The translations under genes were made by a program, and so were the position numbers. The notes beneath the pieces are model-generated. The model was not told the DNA's origin. It made no database searches and saw nothing but the letters and a program-made list of their open reading frames with translations. Shown piece by piece: positions 9,918-19,039 of a stretch of 59,872 bases of DNA. Each line of letters opens with the position of its first letter. Positions within the stretch are counted from its first letter, which is position 1. This DNA is from a virus (Duplodnaviria; Caudoviricetes): the IMG/VR virus record IMGVR_UViG_3300024231_000697, positions 1-59,872 of that record. One strand, given 5' to 3'.

Positions 9918-10145
9918 ATGGAAATTTTAAATAGAGTAAAAGAATGGGCTGGTAAACTAGCTGAAGTTGGCGTAAGTGTCGCTGCCCTAATGATTATCGT
10001 AGAAGTATTAGGATTTGAAGTACCATTCCTAAACACAACAGGTATTATTACAAATGTATCAGAGATTATTGGATCACTAGGCTCACAGGGTGTAGTAGGT
10101 TTAGTAGCTGTTTGGGTACTATATGAGATCTGGAACAGACGTTAA
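9918..10145 (+). CDS. Small two-helix membrane protein
   Basis: Two hydrophobic segments; GGGAG RBS. Confidence 0.7.
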   Translation: MEILNRVKEWAGKLAEVGVSVAALMIIVEVLGFEVPFLNTTGIITNVSEIIGSLGSQGVVGLVAVWVLYEIWNRR

Positions 10146-10170
10146 TTCAATTTTGAATTAAACTATTTAA

Positions 10171-10240
10171 TAACTTATTGAAAACGCAGGAAACTTTTCT
10201 TGCGTTTTTCATTGACAAGCAGAACGACTTCGTGTATATT
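10171..10240 (+). promoter_or_regulatory. Early promoter cassette copy 1 (IHF-like box, terminator-like hairpin, sigma70 promoter)
   Basis: TAACTTATTGAAA; stem AAAACGCAGG/CTTGCGTTTT; TTGACA(10212)-17bp-TATATT. Confidence 0.7.
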
Positions 10241-10273
10241 AAGTGTATAAGTTAAACAAAACGAGGTAATAAT

Positions 10274-10528
10274 ATGTCAACTGATTTACGCAATGTACCA
10301 AACTTAAACACAACAACTGAATTAACTCAAACTCGTTTTTGGGGTGGTGTTGACCGCAAGCAGTGTTTGCAAGTTACACAGAAAAAGCCACGTGGCTTTG
10401 TTACTCCTACTACATCAGATGGCTTTTTTAACCACGTTGAATTAACACGTGAACAAGCTCGTGAATTGGCAGTTGAGTTGATGTTGTTTGCAGAAGGTCG
10501 TGAAGTAGAAGAGTTTGAAGGAGCATAA
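10274..10528 (+). CDS. Hypothetical early protein
   Basis: GAGG RBS, directly behind the promoter cassette. Confidence 0.75.
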   Translation: MSTDLRNVPNLNTTTELTQTRFWGGVDRKQCLQVTQKKPRGFVTPTTSDGFFNHVELTREQARELAVELMLFAEGREVEEFEGA

Positions 10529-10529
10529 T

Positions 10530-10757
10530 ATGAATTTAATAGTATCACTATACCTATCAGTAATAGTAATTGCAACCGGAGAAGAACTGAAAGTTTTATC
10601 ACAAATGAAATTTGACACAATTGAACAATGTGAATCGTTTGTGTTAAATCAAAGCAAAGGATATGATTATTTTCGTAATAATGAAGGCGCATTAGTGTTG
10701 ACTGTTCCAGCTACTGGCAATATAATCACCGCTAAATGTTTTAGAAAAGGAAAATAG
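10530..10757 (+). CDS. Hypothetical protein with N-terminal hydrophobic segment
   Basis: AGGAG RBS before ATG 10530. Confidence 0.6.
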   Translation: MNLIVSLYLSVIVIATGEELKVLSQMKFDTIEQCESFVLNQSKGYDYFRNNEGALVLTVPATGNIITAKCFRKGK

Positions 10758-10758
10758 T

Positions 10759-11121
10759 ATGTACACAGTTAAAACAAACACGTTCCCATCAGAAACTGTC
10801 GGAATTACTTCTCGTTTAGAAGATGCACTTGCTATGTGTACTACCGTCGGTAGCGAAGCAGGTAATCATGTAAGTAATATAAGAACACTTACTAGTTTTG
10901 ATGAATATATTGATCAGCACAACGGTTATGCCTGTGTAAACGAATTATATGAAGACGATGAAGGCTTTAATAAAAATTCATATATGTATGGAAAAATTGT
11001 AGAAGCAAATGGTACAAAATTCATAAAAGATGTAGAAGACTTGGATGGATTATCAAGTAACGCATATGCTTCAAGGGAAGAAGCTTCTCGTGTATTTAAA
11101 GAAAAAATTGATATTATATAA
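10759..11121 (+). CDS. Hypothetical protein
   Basis: AAGGA RBS, tight packing. Confidence 0.7.
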   Translation: MYTVKTNTFPSETVGITSRLEDALAMCTTVGSEAGNHVSNIRTLTSFDEYIDQHNGYACVNELYEDDEGFNKNSYMYGKIVEANGTKFIKDVEDLDGLSSNAYASREEASRVFKEKIDII

Positions 11122-11130
11122 AATTAGCTA

Positions 11131-11159
11131 TTGACAATGTCAATACAATTAACTATATT
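11131..11159 (+). promoter_or_regulatory. Sigma70-type promoter overlapped by an 8-1-8 palindrome
   Basis: TTGACA-17bp-TATATT; TATTGACA-A-TGTCAATA at 11129-11145. Confidence 0.65.
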
Positions 11160-11188
11160 AGCGTTAGTAAACGAAAGGAAACTATATT

Positions 11189-11434
11189 ATGTCTAATGAA
11201 ATTGAAATGCTTGAAACATTAAAGTCAGAATACTTGGGTATGGGCTTTAATGTTGAACTAACCAAATACCACGTGGCTGGTATTGCTGAAGGTCTTGATA
11301 CTCATGAAACAATGAACTTTGTTGACTGGGAAGATGCTTGTGATTGGGGCAAACGTGCCACTGAAAACCCAGCTTGTCCTTTTGTTGTTGTGGAAATGAA
11401 TAATCCAGTAACTGGCCAAACAGTGGAGTTTTAA
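11189..11434 (+). CDS. Hypothetical protein
   Basis: AAGGA RBS, downstream of promoter. Confidence 0.7.
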   Translation: MSNEIEMLETLKSEYLGMGFNVELTKYHVAGIAEGLDTHETMNFVDWEDACDWGKRATENPACPFVVVEMNNPVTGQTVEF

Positions 11435-11435
11435 A

Positions 11436-12170
11436 ATGGATAATCAGCAAGAAAAAGAAAAGTTTTTAGATACACTCAAAGGACAACGATTTTATCGTTT
11501 TGTATTGTCTGGGTATGGTGGCGAGTCAGCTTATATCAATATTGATAATAAAGCATTTGAGTTCTGGAACGCCCATATTGAAAAGCATGAGTCAGACGCT
11601 GACCTAGTCAACTATATGACATGTGATGATTCAGAGGATTATGAGTTTAATGACCTTGAGCACGTTCCAGAAGAAGCAGATTTTTTATCCATTAAAGGTG
11701 AACAATATAAGTGGCAATGGTACGAAGCTGAAGGTGAATTTTTACATCAAATGGGTGTAGAGTACGACGGTGCATACATTACTGTAGAAGAAGTAGAAAG
11801 TGCCGATTATAATTCTAACACTATTGATATGTTAATAGAAGGTGAAAGCGTAAGCGCACTAAATGAACAAGTAGGTACTGAATCCAATTGGGAAACAGAA
11901 ATAACTGACTGGGGAGAGCCAGACGGTATTGATGATCAAGGTGATTATGTTGCACAAATGTTTTCAAGTGAAAAAGGTATATTTATAGAAGGCACTATCA
12001 CTACAGTTGGAGATTTTAATCCCAACAAGTTATCGATAAGGATTGACGAATATCCTAACGGAGATGAAGTTATTAATGGTCTTACATACAATGACATTGA
12101 ATTAGAAAACGAAGGTGGCGACACTATTGGAAAAGGCTATTATGCCCAAATATGGAGTAATATACAATGA
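11436..12170 (+). CDS. Acidic hypothetical protein
   Basis: 244 aa ORF, GGAG RBS. Confidence 0.75.
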   Translation: MDNQQEKEKFLDTLKGQRFYRFVLSGYGGESAYINIDNKAFEFWNAHIEKHESDADLVNYMTCDDSEDYEFNDLEHVPEEADFLSIKGEQYKWQWYEAEGEFLHQMGVEYDGAYITVEEVESADYNSNTIDMLIEGESVSALNEQVGTESNWETEITDWGEPDGIDDQGDYVAQMFSSEKGIFIEGTITTVGDFNPNKLSIRIDEYPNGDEVINGLTYNDIELENEGGDTIGKGYYAQIWSNIQ

Positions 12171-12319
12171 CATATCCAGTAACATTATTTTTTGCCACAT
12201 TGTGGTTAGTACTAGTAGTTTGTGTATTTAACCCTATAGTGGTTGGTGAATGGCAGGCCCAGCGTGACAACGCATATGATGCCACATTTGTAAATATATT
12301 ACAAGGAGATCTTGAATGA
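12167..12319 (+). CDS. Small membrane protein (50 aa, not in ORF track)
   Basis: ATGA overlap with upstream stop, GGAG RBS; MTYPVTLFFATLWLVLVVCVFNP... Confidence 0.6.
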   Translation: MTYPVTLFFATLWLVLVVCVFNPIVVGEWQAQRDNAYDATFVNILQGDLE

Positions 12320-12489
12320 TTAATGAACTTAAAGATATTGAAATCCTAGAAAATGCAATTAGTGCATTTACTGAAGGTGCAACTGATGATAAACGCAATG
12401 CTATTGATAGCTTAGTATCAATGCTTGAACAAAAGCAAGCATTAGTTGAACAATTCGAAAACGAATACGAAAACGAACTATCAAAATAA
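12316..12489 (+). CDS. Small acidic helical protein (57 aa, not in ORF track)
   Basis: AAGGAG RBS, ATGA overlap; MINELKDIEILENAISAF... Confidence 0.65.
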   Translation: MINELKDIEILENAISAFTEGATDDKRNAIDSLVSMLEQKQALVEQFENEYENELSK

Positions 12490-12561
12490 TTTATAACCTA
12501 TTGAAAGCGAACGATTTATTAGTTCGCTTTTTTGTTGACATCTTGGTCTAGAACTGCTAGA
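12490..12561 (+). repeat. 72-bp direct repeat (identical to 32999-33070) = early promoter cassette copy 2
   Basis: TAACCTATTGAAA; stem AAAGCGAAC/GTTCGCTTT plus T run; TTGACA(12535)-17bp-TAGACA with TGC. Confidence 0.9.
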
Positions 12562-12592
12562 CAGTATGTATAGTAACAAAAAGGAAAACACG

Positions 12593-12847
12593 ATGTTTAG
12601 AATCCCATCATTTTACGAAGACAAACCAAGTTTTGAAGATGCCTGGATCACAATGAAACAGCATGGTCGTGGCGATGTACTTGAAGGTATGAATGCTATG
12701 CAACGTGCATGGGAAGAACATTGTGCAACTCCTGGAGTACATTGTGACTTAGATGACGATGTGTTTTGGGATAATTACTCCATCGAAGCAAATGCTTACA
12801 ATATAGTATTTACAAACATGTATAAACTTTTTGGAGAAGCAGCATAA
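12593..12847 (+). CDS. Hypothetical early protein
   Basis: AAGGA RBS before ATG 12593. Confidence 0.7.
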   Translation: MFRIPSFYEDKPSFEDAWITMKQHGRGDVLEGMNAMQRAWEEHCATPGVHCDLDDDVFWDNYSIEANAYNIVFTNMYKLFGEAA

Positions 12848-13152
12848 TGATAATTAATGATGATGACACAATTACTATTGTTGATTCTTCAGTGTGGGAT
12901 GAAAGTATACTTTCCAACTGTAGTCCTACATATTCAATAGCCGAACCTGCAACTGAAATTGAAATACACCAAAGTAACGGCGAAACATTAAAGGTCGCCG
13001 CTACTATACGTCAACAAAAATATGAAATCGAAGCACTAACAGATATCATTAAAGAAATGGTAAAAACTAAAAACTTTGATGTAGAATTAGATATTGAAAA
13101 AAGAGTTGAACAAAAGAAGTTTCTTGACAAACTTGGAGAAAATCCAACATGA
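12847..13152 (+). CDS. Hypothetical protein
   Basis: Coupled TAATG overlap, GGAG RBS. Confidence 0.65.
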   Translation: MIINDDDTITIVDSSVWDESILSNCSPTYSIAEPATEIEIHQSNGETLKVAATIRQQKYEIEALTDIIKEMVKTKNFDVELDIEKRVEQKKFLDKLGENPT

Positions 13153-13592
13153 ATTATATTGAAGTAATAGGCGGAACTACTAGTCAACGTAGCAAAGTAC
13201 AGAGCATGGTTGAGTTTTGTATTAAAACCCTAATGCCACGTATGCAAACTTTGGAGATTACAATTAAATTGTGTACTCCTGAAGCAGAAGCAATGGGATA
13301 CTGTTTGGAGCTAGATACTAAACGTGAGTTTGAAATTAAAGCAGATCGCAAGTTAAAATTACGAAAGCTTTTAGAGACAATTGCACACGAAATGGTTCAT
13401 GTAAAACAGTATGCTCGCAGAGAATTGCATCCTTCAACTAATGCTTGGATGGGAAAAACTGTTAATCCAGAAAAAGTACTTTATTGGGACCTTCCTTGGG
13501 AAATAGAAGCACACGGTCGTGAAATAGGATTATTTGTACGTTGGTGTGAAGCAAACCAGTTAGGACATCTTAATTGGACACAGGAATCTTAA
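13149..13592 (+). CDS. Zincin-type metallopeptidase-like protein
   Basis: AHEMVHVKQY (HExxH) and downstream PWEIEA. Confidence 0.7.
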   Translation: MNYIEVIGGTTSQRSKVQSMVEFCIKTLMPRMQTLEITIKLCTPEAEAMGYCLELDTKREFEIKADRKLKLRKLLETIAHEMVHVKQYARRELHPSTNAWMGKTVNPEKVLYWDLPWEIEAHGREIGLFVRWCEANQLGHLNWTQES

Positions 13593-13601
13593 ATTAATTT
13601 C

Positions 13602-13681
13602 TAACCCATTGAAAAACAACAAAACCTTTTTTTATTTTTGTTCTGTTTTTTATTGACTATCTGACCTAGAACTGCTAGAAC
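13602..13681 (+). promoter_or_regulatory. Early promoter cassette copy 3
   Basis: TAACCCATTGAAA; imperfect A/T stem; TTGACT(13653)-17bp-TAGAAC within CTAGAACTGCTAGAAC. Confidence 0.75.
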
Positions 13682-13711
13682 ATATATAGTAACAAAAAAC
13701 GGAGATGCTAA

Positions 13712-14062
13712 ATGACACAGATGTATAAAGTTTACCAAATTCAAATTGATGCTAACCTTAGTGAGCTTATTAACCGTGAAGGTTGGAACTGTCACGAGAA
13801 AGCAACTGCATATGCTGATGCAATGTGCGGTATGTTTGAAATGGCATTAGCTCGTTTTGATAGTGTATACACTCACGTTGCAGACGTAATTGCAGATGAT
13901 TTAGATCACGTATTTGAAGTTGGCAACATTGGTCCAGCAGACCGCATTGTACGCAAAGACAAAATGACAAGTATTAGTGTTGGTAACATAATTGAAGATC
14001 AACAAGGCGTACGTCACATTGTTGCAAGCAATGGATTTGAACTAGTAGAGGAAACAGTATAA
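13712..14062 (+). CDS. Hypothetical early protein
   Basis: GGAG RBS behind the cassette; LDHVFEVGN...SISVGNII. Confidence 0.7.
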   Translation: MTQMYKVYQIQIDANLSELINREGWNCHEKATAYADAMCGMFEMALARFDSVYTHVADVIADDLDHVFEVGNIGPADRIVRKDKMTSISVGNIIEDQQGVRHIVASNGFELVEETV

Positions 14063-14613
14063 TGAAAAGTATCTTTACAGGTTTAATTTTTGCATTAATG
14101 ACATCAACTATCGCACATGCTGATTTTCCTTCAGTAAATAGTGATATGTTAACAATAAAAACATATGGCGAGGACGACTTACTTATATTTAAACCAGAAG
14201 AATACCCAGAAGTATATTGTTTGGCTCTAAACGTATATTACGAATCACGTGGTAGTAATTTAGCTGATCAGTATGCAGTAGCTGATGTAGTTTTAAATCG
14301 TACAAATGACAATCGTTGGCCTGATACTGTATGTGGTGTAGTAAAGCAAGGCAGAAAACATGCAAGTGGCCAGATGAAACGTAACCAGTGTCAGTTTAGC
14401 TGGTATTGTGATGGTAAGGCAGATAACCCGCAAGATGAGGACAGTTGGATACGTGCTCAGACAGTCGCATTTAAGATAGCGTACTATGGACAAATGCGTG
14501 GTATTTCAGAAGGTGCTAATCACTATCATGCATCATATGTGACGCCATCATGGGCTAAAAAATTACAGCTAGTAGGCCGTATTGGAGCTCACGTTTTTTA
14601 CCGTTGGAACTAA
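14062..14613 (+). CDS. Cell wall hydrolase, SleB/Hydrolase_2 family, with signal peptide
   Basis: CLALNVYYESRG, VADVVLNR, CQFSWYCDGK, GANHYHA, IGAHVFY. Confidence 0.9.
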   Translation: MKSIFTGLIFALMTSTIAHADFPSVNSDMLTIKTYGEDDLLIFKPEEYPEVYCLALNVYYESRGSNLADQYAVADVVLNRTNDNRWPDTVCGVVKQGRKHASGQMKRNQCQFSWYCDGKADNPQDEDSWIRAQTVAFKIAYYGQMRGISEGANHYHASYVTPSWAKKLQLVGRIGAHVFYRWN

Positions 14614-14614
14614 A

Positions 14615-15280
14615 ATGAACAAAGAACAAAGATATATTACTAGTGATTGGTTTTCAGACTTCCCTCTTGGGCAGGAGGCACCAGGCACACGTAACTGGCT
14701 AGATAATGCAGAGCGAAAACTAGGCGGTAAAGAAACCGCTGTTGAATATTACTTTAATGATTGGAGATATCGTGGAACTATTGAACCTGGATACAACACT
14801 AATGCTAGCTTTGGGTGTAGTCACACTCTTGGTTATGGTGTACAGACCCCCTACTCAGAAATAATTAGATATGCTAACATAGGTGTTAGTGGACTTAGTA
14901 ATGATGCAATTGCCAGATTAGCATATGCATATTGTGAAAACTTTGATCCTAAATGTATTGTAGTAATGTGGACAATACCTCATCGTAGAGAATATATAAA
15001 TGAAGAGGGACAAGTAGTAAAATTTAGATACGACAGGCATAATGAAAACAATATAAATCGTGAACTCATTTCATTACAAAATGATAAATGGGACGAATAC
15101 AATTTACAAAAGAATAAACTTTTTCTAATTAACTATTGTATAAGCAAAGAGATACGTCTGTTGGAATATGACTTTACAGGAAATGATAAACAAGCACGTG
15201 ATGGTATGCATCCAGGTCCTATATGGCATGCTAACATGGCTGCACAAATTCTTTTAGATATTGATGATGATTCAATTTGA
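14615..15280 (+). CDS. SGNH/GDSL-like protein
   Basis: FGCSHTLG, NIGVSG, DGMHPG blocks. Confidence 0.6.
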   Translation: MNKEQRYITSDWFSDFPLGQEAPGTRNWLDNAERKLGGKETAVEYYFNDWRYRGTIEPGYNTNASFGCSHTLGYGVQTPYSEIIRYANIGVSGLSNDAIARLAYAYCENFDPKCIVVMWTIPHRREYINEEGQVVKFRYDRHNENNINRELISLQNDKWDEYNLQKNKLFLINYCISKEIRLLEYDFTGNDKQARDGMHPGPIWHANMAAQILLDIDDDSI

Positions 15281-16088
15281 AGATGATCCTCTTGTAATTT
15301 GGTTTAACCAACACCACGATATGGGCGGAAGTGTCTATTCGTCATACTTTGATTGGAATTCAATAAAGAGCCCACAAAATACAATTGTAAAAGTTTTAGA
15401 AGATTTTATTGCATTACCTCCTCATTCAATAAGCGAGTTTATTAATGCAGATATACTAGACAATGAAATGCCCGACAGAAACATCATGGAAGATGCTAGT
15501 AAAATAGCATACCTTTGTAATGAAATGATGTTCGATACTATAAAATTTCATCCACAAGCAATACATGAACCTTGGTATGATAGATATCGTATTCATCCAG
15601 GAAGTGGTAGACTGGCGGCACTGTGGCTATGTGGGTATGAGAATTTTAAAACAATATACACACATTTTGATGAACCTGGATTTATTGTACCTAAACGATC
15701 AATTCCAATTGAAGATGAATTGCAAATGCAGAGCAATATACTTTATTCCAAAGACGACTGGCTAACTGCTCATCCAGTGGAAGTAGAAACATACTATGCT
15801 TTCCCTGCAGAAACAAAAGATTACAATCATACAGTAAGTAAGGATTCTATCTGGAAGCCAGAAATGGTGGACACATTAATGCCTTGGGAATTTTTACGAT
15901 ATAGTGAAGGTAAAAATTTTATTAACATGTGGAAACCAGCATGGCGTAACGAAGTTGTTGACCTTTACAATGAAATGAAATATGGACATTTACAGCTTGG
16001 TGAAACTTTATTTGAATTTGGTTTAGATGGAAAAATAACAAACATTATCAGAAAGAACAAAAGTATTGACATTATTGATAGAACATAA
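15261..16088 (+). CDS. Hypothetical protein (possible ParB/Srx-like motif)
   Basis: YRIHPGSGRLAAL resembles the GxxRxxA motif. Confidence 0.35.
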   Translation: MMMIQFEDDPLVIWFNQHHDMGGSVYSSYFDWNSIKSPQNTIVKVLEDFIALPPHSISEFINADILDNEMPDRNIMEDASKIAYLCNEMMFDTIKFHPQAIHEPWYDRYRIHPGSGRLAALWLCGYENFKTIYTHFDEPGFIVPKRSIPIEDELQMQSNILYSKDDWLTAHPVEVETYYAFPAETKDYNHTVSKDSIWKPEMVDTLMPWEFLRYSEGKNFINMWKPAWRNEVVDLYNEMKYGHLQLGETLFEFGLDGKITNIIRKNKSIDIIDRT

Positions 16089-16103
16089 TATAATACATAA
16101 ATA
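16066..16103 (+). promoter_or_regulatory. Consensus sigma70 promoter plus adjacent late-like CATAAATA
   Basis: TTGACA(16066)-17bp-TATAAT(16089); CATAAATA at 16096. Confidence 0.8.
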
Positions 16104-16169
16104 CACAGTGGACTTATACGTCGACCCACTTTAAACACTCCGCCGTAACAATATAAATGGAGAGATAAA

Positions 16170-16646
16170 ATGGCTTATTACAGCACAAAAACATATGGAC
16201 ATAATATTGGTTTAAGCGCAGTGTTTAGACAACCTCATGCAGATCACTCTCATTGTAAATTTTTACATGGGTATAGTTTAGGATTTAAATTTACGTTTGG
16301 ATGTAGTGAACTGGATAATAAAAACTGGGCAGTAGATTTTGGTGGATTAAAGCCACTAAAGAAATGGTTAGAAGATCACTTTGATCATAAAGTAGTAATT
16401 GATCGTGAAGATCCATTCTTGTATAAGTTTGCGGAACTAGAGAACATGGGCCTAGCAGAAATTACAGTACTAGATGGTGTTGGCGCAGAAAAGTTTGCAT
16501 ATCATGCATGGAAGTTTGCAGACGCCCTTATACGTGAAGCTACTGACAATCGTTGTTGGTGTGAATCTGCAGAATGTAGTGAGCATGGAAGTAACAGTGC
16601 AATCTACACCCCTTTTACAGTACAAAAAACTATACTACAGGAATAA
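16170..16646 (+). CDS. queD: 6-carboxytetrahydropterin synthase / PTPS family
   Basis: HCKFLHGY, VDFGGLKPLK...FDHK, SEHGSNSAIY. Confidence 0.85.
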   Translation: MAYYSTKTYGHNIGLSAVFRQPHADHSHCKFLHGYSLGFKFTFGCSELDNKNWAVDFGGLKPLKKWLEDHFDHKVVIDREDPFLYKFAELENMGLAEITVLDGVGAEKFAYHAWKFADALIREATDNRCWCESAECSEHGSNSAIYTPFTVQKTILQE

Positions 16647-16654
16647 CAATTTAA

Positions 16655-18376
16655 ATGATAATTACAGTAATTGGATGTGGATTCGTAGGATCAACAGTAG
16701 CAAACTTCTTAGAGAAGAATGGTATTGATGTTGAGAGAGTTGATCCAAAATATTATGATACTACATTAGAGGAAGCACTACGTATATCAGACGGTGCAAT
16801 CATGTGTTTGCCTACTCCAACAGTTAATGGAGTATGTGACGATAGTTATATTGCAGATGTATTTTCTGAAATAAATGAAAAAGATCTACATGTTCCAATT
16901 ATGAATAAAAGCACAGTAACACCAGACATTATCAAAAACTGGCCTGAGTATGTACTATATAATCCAGAGTTTTTACGTGAGGCAACTGCTGAAGAAGACT
17001 TTGAAAATCAACACACATTTATAATGGGTGCAACAGACACATTTGATGGGAAAAATACTGTTAAGTTTTGGAAACAGATATTTGAACCATTGTTGCCTAA
17101 TTGTGAATTTATAGTAACAGATAGATCAACAGCAAGCATGACCAAGTATGCACACAATGCGTTCTTGGCAACCAAAGTAGCATTTTTCCATGAGCTAGTT
17201 ATTAAGAACATAGATGTAGAGGTTAAAGAAGAACAGTTCAACTATGATGAACTTACTCATCTACTTGGAAGATTTGACACCATTGGTAATAATCATATGA
17301 AAGCACCAAACGCAGAAGGCAGGTTTGGATTTGGTGGTAACTGTTTTCCCAAAGATGTTGCCGCACTAACAAACTATTATCAGAAGCACGGAACTCCTGC
17401 TACAATATTAGAACAGGTCACGGAAACAAACAATATGTTAAAAAAAGAAAATAGATTAAATTATAATAGTAATTTTCCAAAAGTACCTTATATGGTTTGT
17501 ATTGGCACAAGTCACACATATGGCGAATGCAATGGTGTTCGTACTCCTTACACATTTAACAATATTATTGGTGAGAAACTAGGATTAGAAGTTGTTAATG
17601 TTGGGCTAAGTGGTGCAATGTCTAATGAAATTATGCAACTAGTAAATGAGCTAGACTACAAGGGCGTATTTGGTGATAATTGTAAATTTGTAATGTTAGA
17701 GCCACGTGTAACAGATAACTCGTATAAAATGTATTATGAACAAATGATAGATTGGCTAGATATACGATCCAAAGCAAAAGAGGATAGCCTTTTAGATATA
17801 CCATTGTTAGAAAGATCAGCACTAGGTCCTGACAGAACGTGGGATAACGGAAAAATAAGATTTAATCAGACTCTTAACGATATGTTATATTTAACAGGGC
17901 AACAGAATAGTCTAAACAAAGAGCATATAGAGATGAACGGGCAAGCATCGCTAGAAGAGTTTTATATGTCAGTACCTTCAAGTGAAATTGATGCAGCATT
18001 TAATGCCGCAGAATATCAATTAGCATTTCAAAATAAAACAATGGCTGTGGCATTTGAAGATATGCAAATTGTTGATATGATTAAAAATATGATATGCTCT
18101 AAAAATATTCCTTTTGCATGGACTTTGATTGATAGTAGATATCAATATTTGGAAGAATTAAAAGAAATATTTAATAATAAATCAGATGTATTTGATTATA
18201 TGTTACTTGGAGAATCAGTTAACCATGCAATACAAACTAATTTAGAAGCAGAACAAGATACAAGAACATTACGAGATTTGCAATGTGAATGTCATCATTA
18301 TAACTCTGATGGACACCAGTATACAGCAAAACTATTATATCCACTTGTAGACGCAGTAATAAAAAACACGAAATGA
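16655..18376 (+). CDS. UDP-glucose/GDP-mannose dehydrogenase domain fused to an SGNH-like domain
   Basis: GCGFVG, PEFLRE, KYAHNAFLATKV, GFGGNCFPKD; then IGTSHTYG, NVGLSG, HYNSDGH. Confidence 0.8.
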   Translation: MIITVIGCGFVGSTVANFLEKNGIDVERVDPKYYDTTLEEALRISDGAIMCLPTPTVNGVCDDSYIADVFSEINEKDLHVPIMNKSTVTPDIIKNWPEYVLYNPEFLREATAEEDFENQHTFIMGATDTFDGKNTVKFWKQIFEPLLPNCEFIVTDRSTASMTKYAHNAFLATKVAFFHELVIKNIDVEVKEEQFNYDELTHLLGRFDTIGNNHMKAPNAEGRFGFGGNCFPKDVAALTNYYQKHGTPATILEQVTETNNMLKKENRLNYNSNFPKVPYMVCIGTSHTYGECNGVRTPYTFNNIIGEKLGLEVVNVGLSGAMSNEIMQLVNELDYKGVFGDNCKFVMLEPRVTDNSYKMYYEQMIDWLDIRSKAKEDSLLDIPLLERSALGPDRTWDNGKIRFNQTLNDMLYLTGQQNSLNKEHIEMNGQASLEEFYMSVPSSEIDAAFNAAEYQLAFQNKTMAVAFEDMQIVDMIKNMICSKNIPFAWTLIDSRYQYLEELKEIFNNKSDVFDYMLLGESVNHAIQTNLEAEQDTRTLRDLQCECHHYNSDGHQYTAKLLYPLVDAVIKNTK

Positions 18377-18386
18377 GAAATAAAAA

Positions 18387-18692
18387 ATGAGCGCAGTAAA
18401 TGACGAAATCATTGAAAATTTAAAAGAAGTACATGATCCTGAAATTAGTATAAACGTATATGATTTGGGCTTGATATACGAAATAAATATAAACGATTCA
18501 CATGTAGATATTGTAATGACATTAACAAGTGCGTTTTGTCCAGCAGCAGATGAAATTATTGCTGATGTACACGAAGCAGTCACTAATGCAGATACGATTG
18601 AAACTTGTGATGTAAAAGTTACATTTGACCCAGCATTTACTCCAGACATGATGAGTGACGAGGCTAAAATGATTTTAGGAGTATGGGAATGA
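18387..18692 (+). CDS. Fe-S cluster assembly factor, DUF59/SufT/MIP18 family
   Basis: [43 protein letters not shown]. Confidence 0.9.
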   Translation: MSAVNDEIIENLKEVHDPEISINVYDLGLIYEININDSHVDIVMTLTSAFCPAADEIIADVHEAVTNADTIETCDVKVTFDPAFTPDMMSDEAKMILGVWE

Positions 18693-19039
18693 CTTATCTA
18701 GTTAACGATCTTTGCATTAATTGCAAACATATGGATTGTGTAGAAGTATGTCCAGTGGACTGCTTTTATGAAGGAGAAAATACACTGGTTATTAATCCGG
18801 TCGAATGTATTGATTGTGGTGTATGTGAACCAGAGTGCCCTGCTGATGCTATTGTTGCAGATACAGAGTATGAGGGAGAAGAGTTGAAATTTTGGATGGA
18901 TATTAATCAAAAGTATTCAGATATATGGCCCAACATTACGATTGCTAGGCCAGACGACACTCCAACGGATGCTGAAGAATGGCATGGCGTTGAAGGAAAA
19001 ATTAAATATTTTAAAGAAGCACCAGGAAAGGGTGATTAA
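18689..19039 (+). CDS. fdxA: 7Fe ferredoxin
   Basis: [18 protein letters not shown]...[17 protein letters not shown] tail; AGGAG RBS favours ATG 18689. Confidence 0.92.
   Translation: MTYLVNDLCINCKHMDCVEVCPVDCFYEGENTLVINPVECIDCGVCEPECPADAIVADTEYEGEELKFWMDINQKYSDIWPNITIARPDDTPTDAEEWHGVEGKIKYFKEAPGKGD

Noticed and set aside
13666-13681. GAAC direct repeat as an alphaproteobacterial LexA box
   Set aside because: Spacing is GAAC-N5-GAAC, not the GAAC-N7-GAAC of that LexA family
16104-16169. Canonical preQ1-I riboswitch before queD
   Set aside because: Lacks the characteristic loop sequence and A-rich 3' tail; retained only as an unclassified structured leader
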